Shown here piece after piece: positions 5,636-5,816 of a DNA stretch of 5,816 nt. Source of the stretch: a virus (lineage: Duplodnaviria > Heunggongvirae > Uroviricota > Caudoviricetes); the IMG/VR virus record IMGVR_UViG_3300013903_000020; one strand, 5' to 3'. A model generated the notes under the pieces. That model saw nothing but the letters and a program-made list of their open reading frames with translations, was not told the DNA's origin and ran no database searches. Numbering within the stretch: position 1 is the stretch's first letter; each line of letters begins with the position of its first letter. A program made the position numbers and the translations under genes.

Positions 5636-5816
5636 AAAACATCGCCGCACAGATGGTTAACTTTGACCGTGAGCAGATGCGTCGGATCGCCAACAACATG
5701 CCGGAACAGTACGACGAAAAGCCGCAGGTACAGCAGGTAGCGCAGATCATCAACGGTGTGTTCAGCCAGTTACTGGCAACTTTCCCGGCCGGGCTGGCTA
5801 ACTGCGACCCGAGTGA
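5632..5816 (+). CDS. P: Lambda P-like replication protein (helicase loader), 5' partial, continues beyond the window
   Basis: ATG at 5632 overlaps the O stop (ATGA) with GGGGTGGA upstream. MKNIAAQMVNFDREQMRRIANNMPEQYDEKPQVQQVAQIINGVFSQLLATFPAGLAN closely matches the lambda P N-terminus from memory. Confidence 0.9.
   Translation, partial: MKNIAAQMVNFDREQMRRIANNMPEQYDEKPQVQQVAQIINGVFSQLLATFPAGLANCDPS

Noticed and set aside
5040-5753. Minus-strand ORFs 5040..5366, 5284..5607 and 5544..5753
   Set aside because: Antisense to the strongly supported O-like and P-like genes; Cys/Leu/Ser-rich translations typical of wrong-strand reading.

Overview
This window reads as the integration and early-control end of a lambdoid (e14 / phage-21-like) temperate phage that targets the host icd gene; nothing in it is a clearly novel system, and the most unusual points are the attP-like arrangement and the absence of a canonical CI/Cro repressor pair. 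From left to right: (1) a roughly 940-bp AT-rich stretch with no intact ORF, holding a Cys-rich 3' gene fragment and a disrupted small ORF with a HEPN-like R-x4-H motif; (2) a 165-bp copy of the icd 3' end with its terminator, followed by three tandem TTCCCCAAAAC repeats next to the integrase stop; (3) a leftward operon of int, xis, a hypothetical protein, an ASCH-type protein and a TraR/DksA-type zinc-finger protein; (4) a terminator, then a cluster of small, translationally coupled leftward genes; (5) a short divergent control region; (6) a rightward operon with a CII-slot protein, a lambda-O-like initiator carrying internal iterons, and the start of a lambda-P-like loader. All calls are by eye from the sequence and translations; no database search was run.
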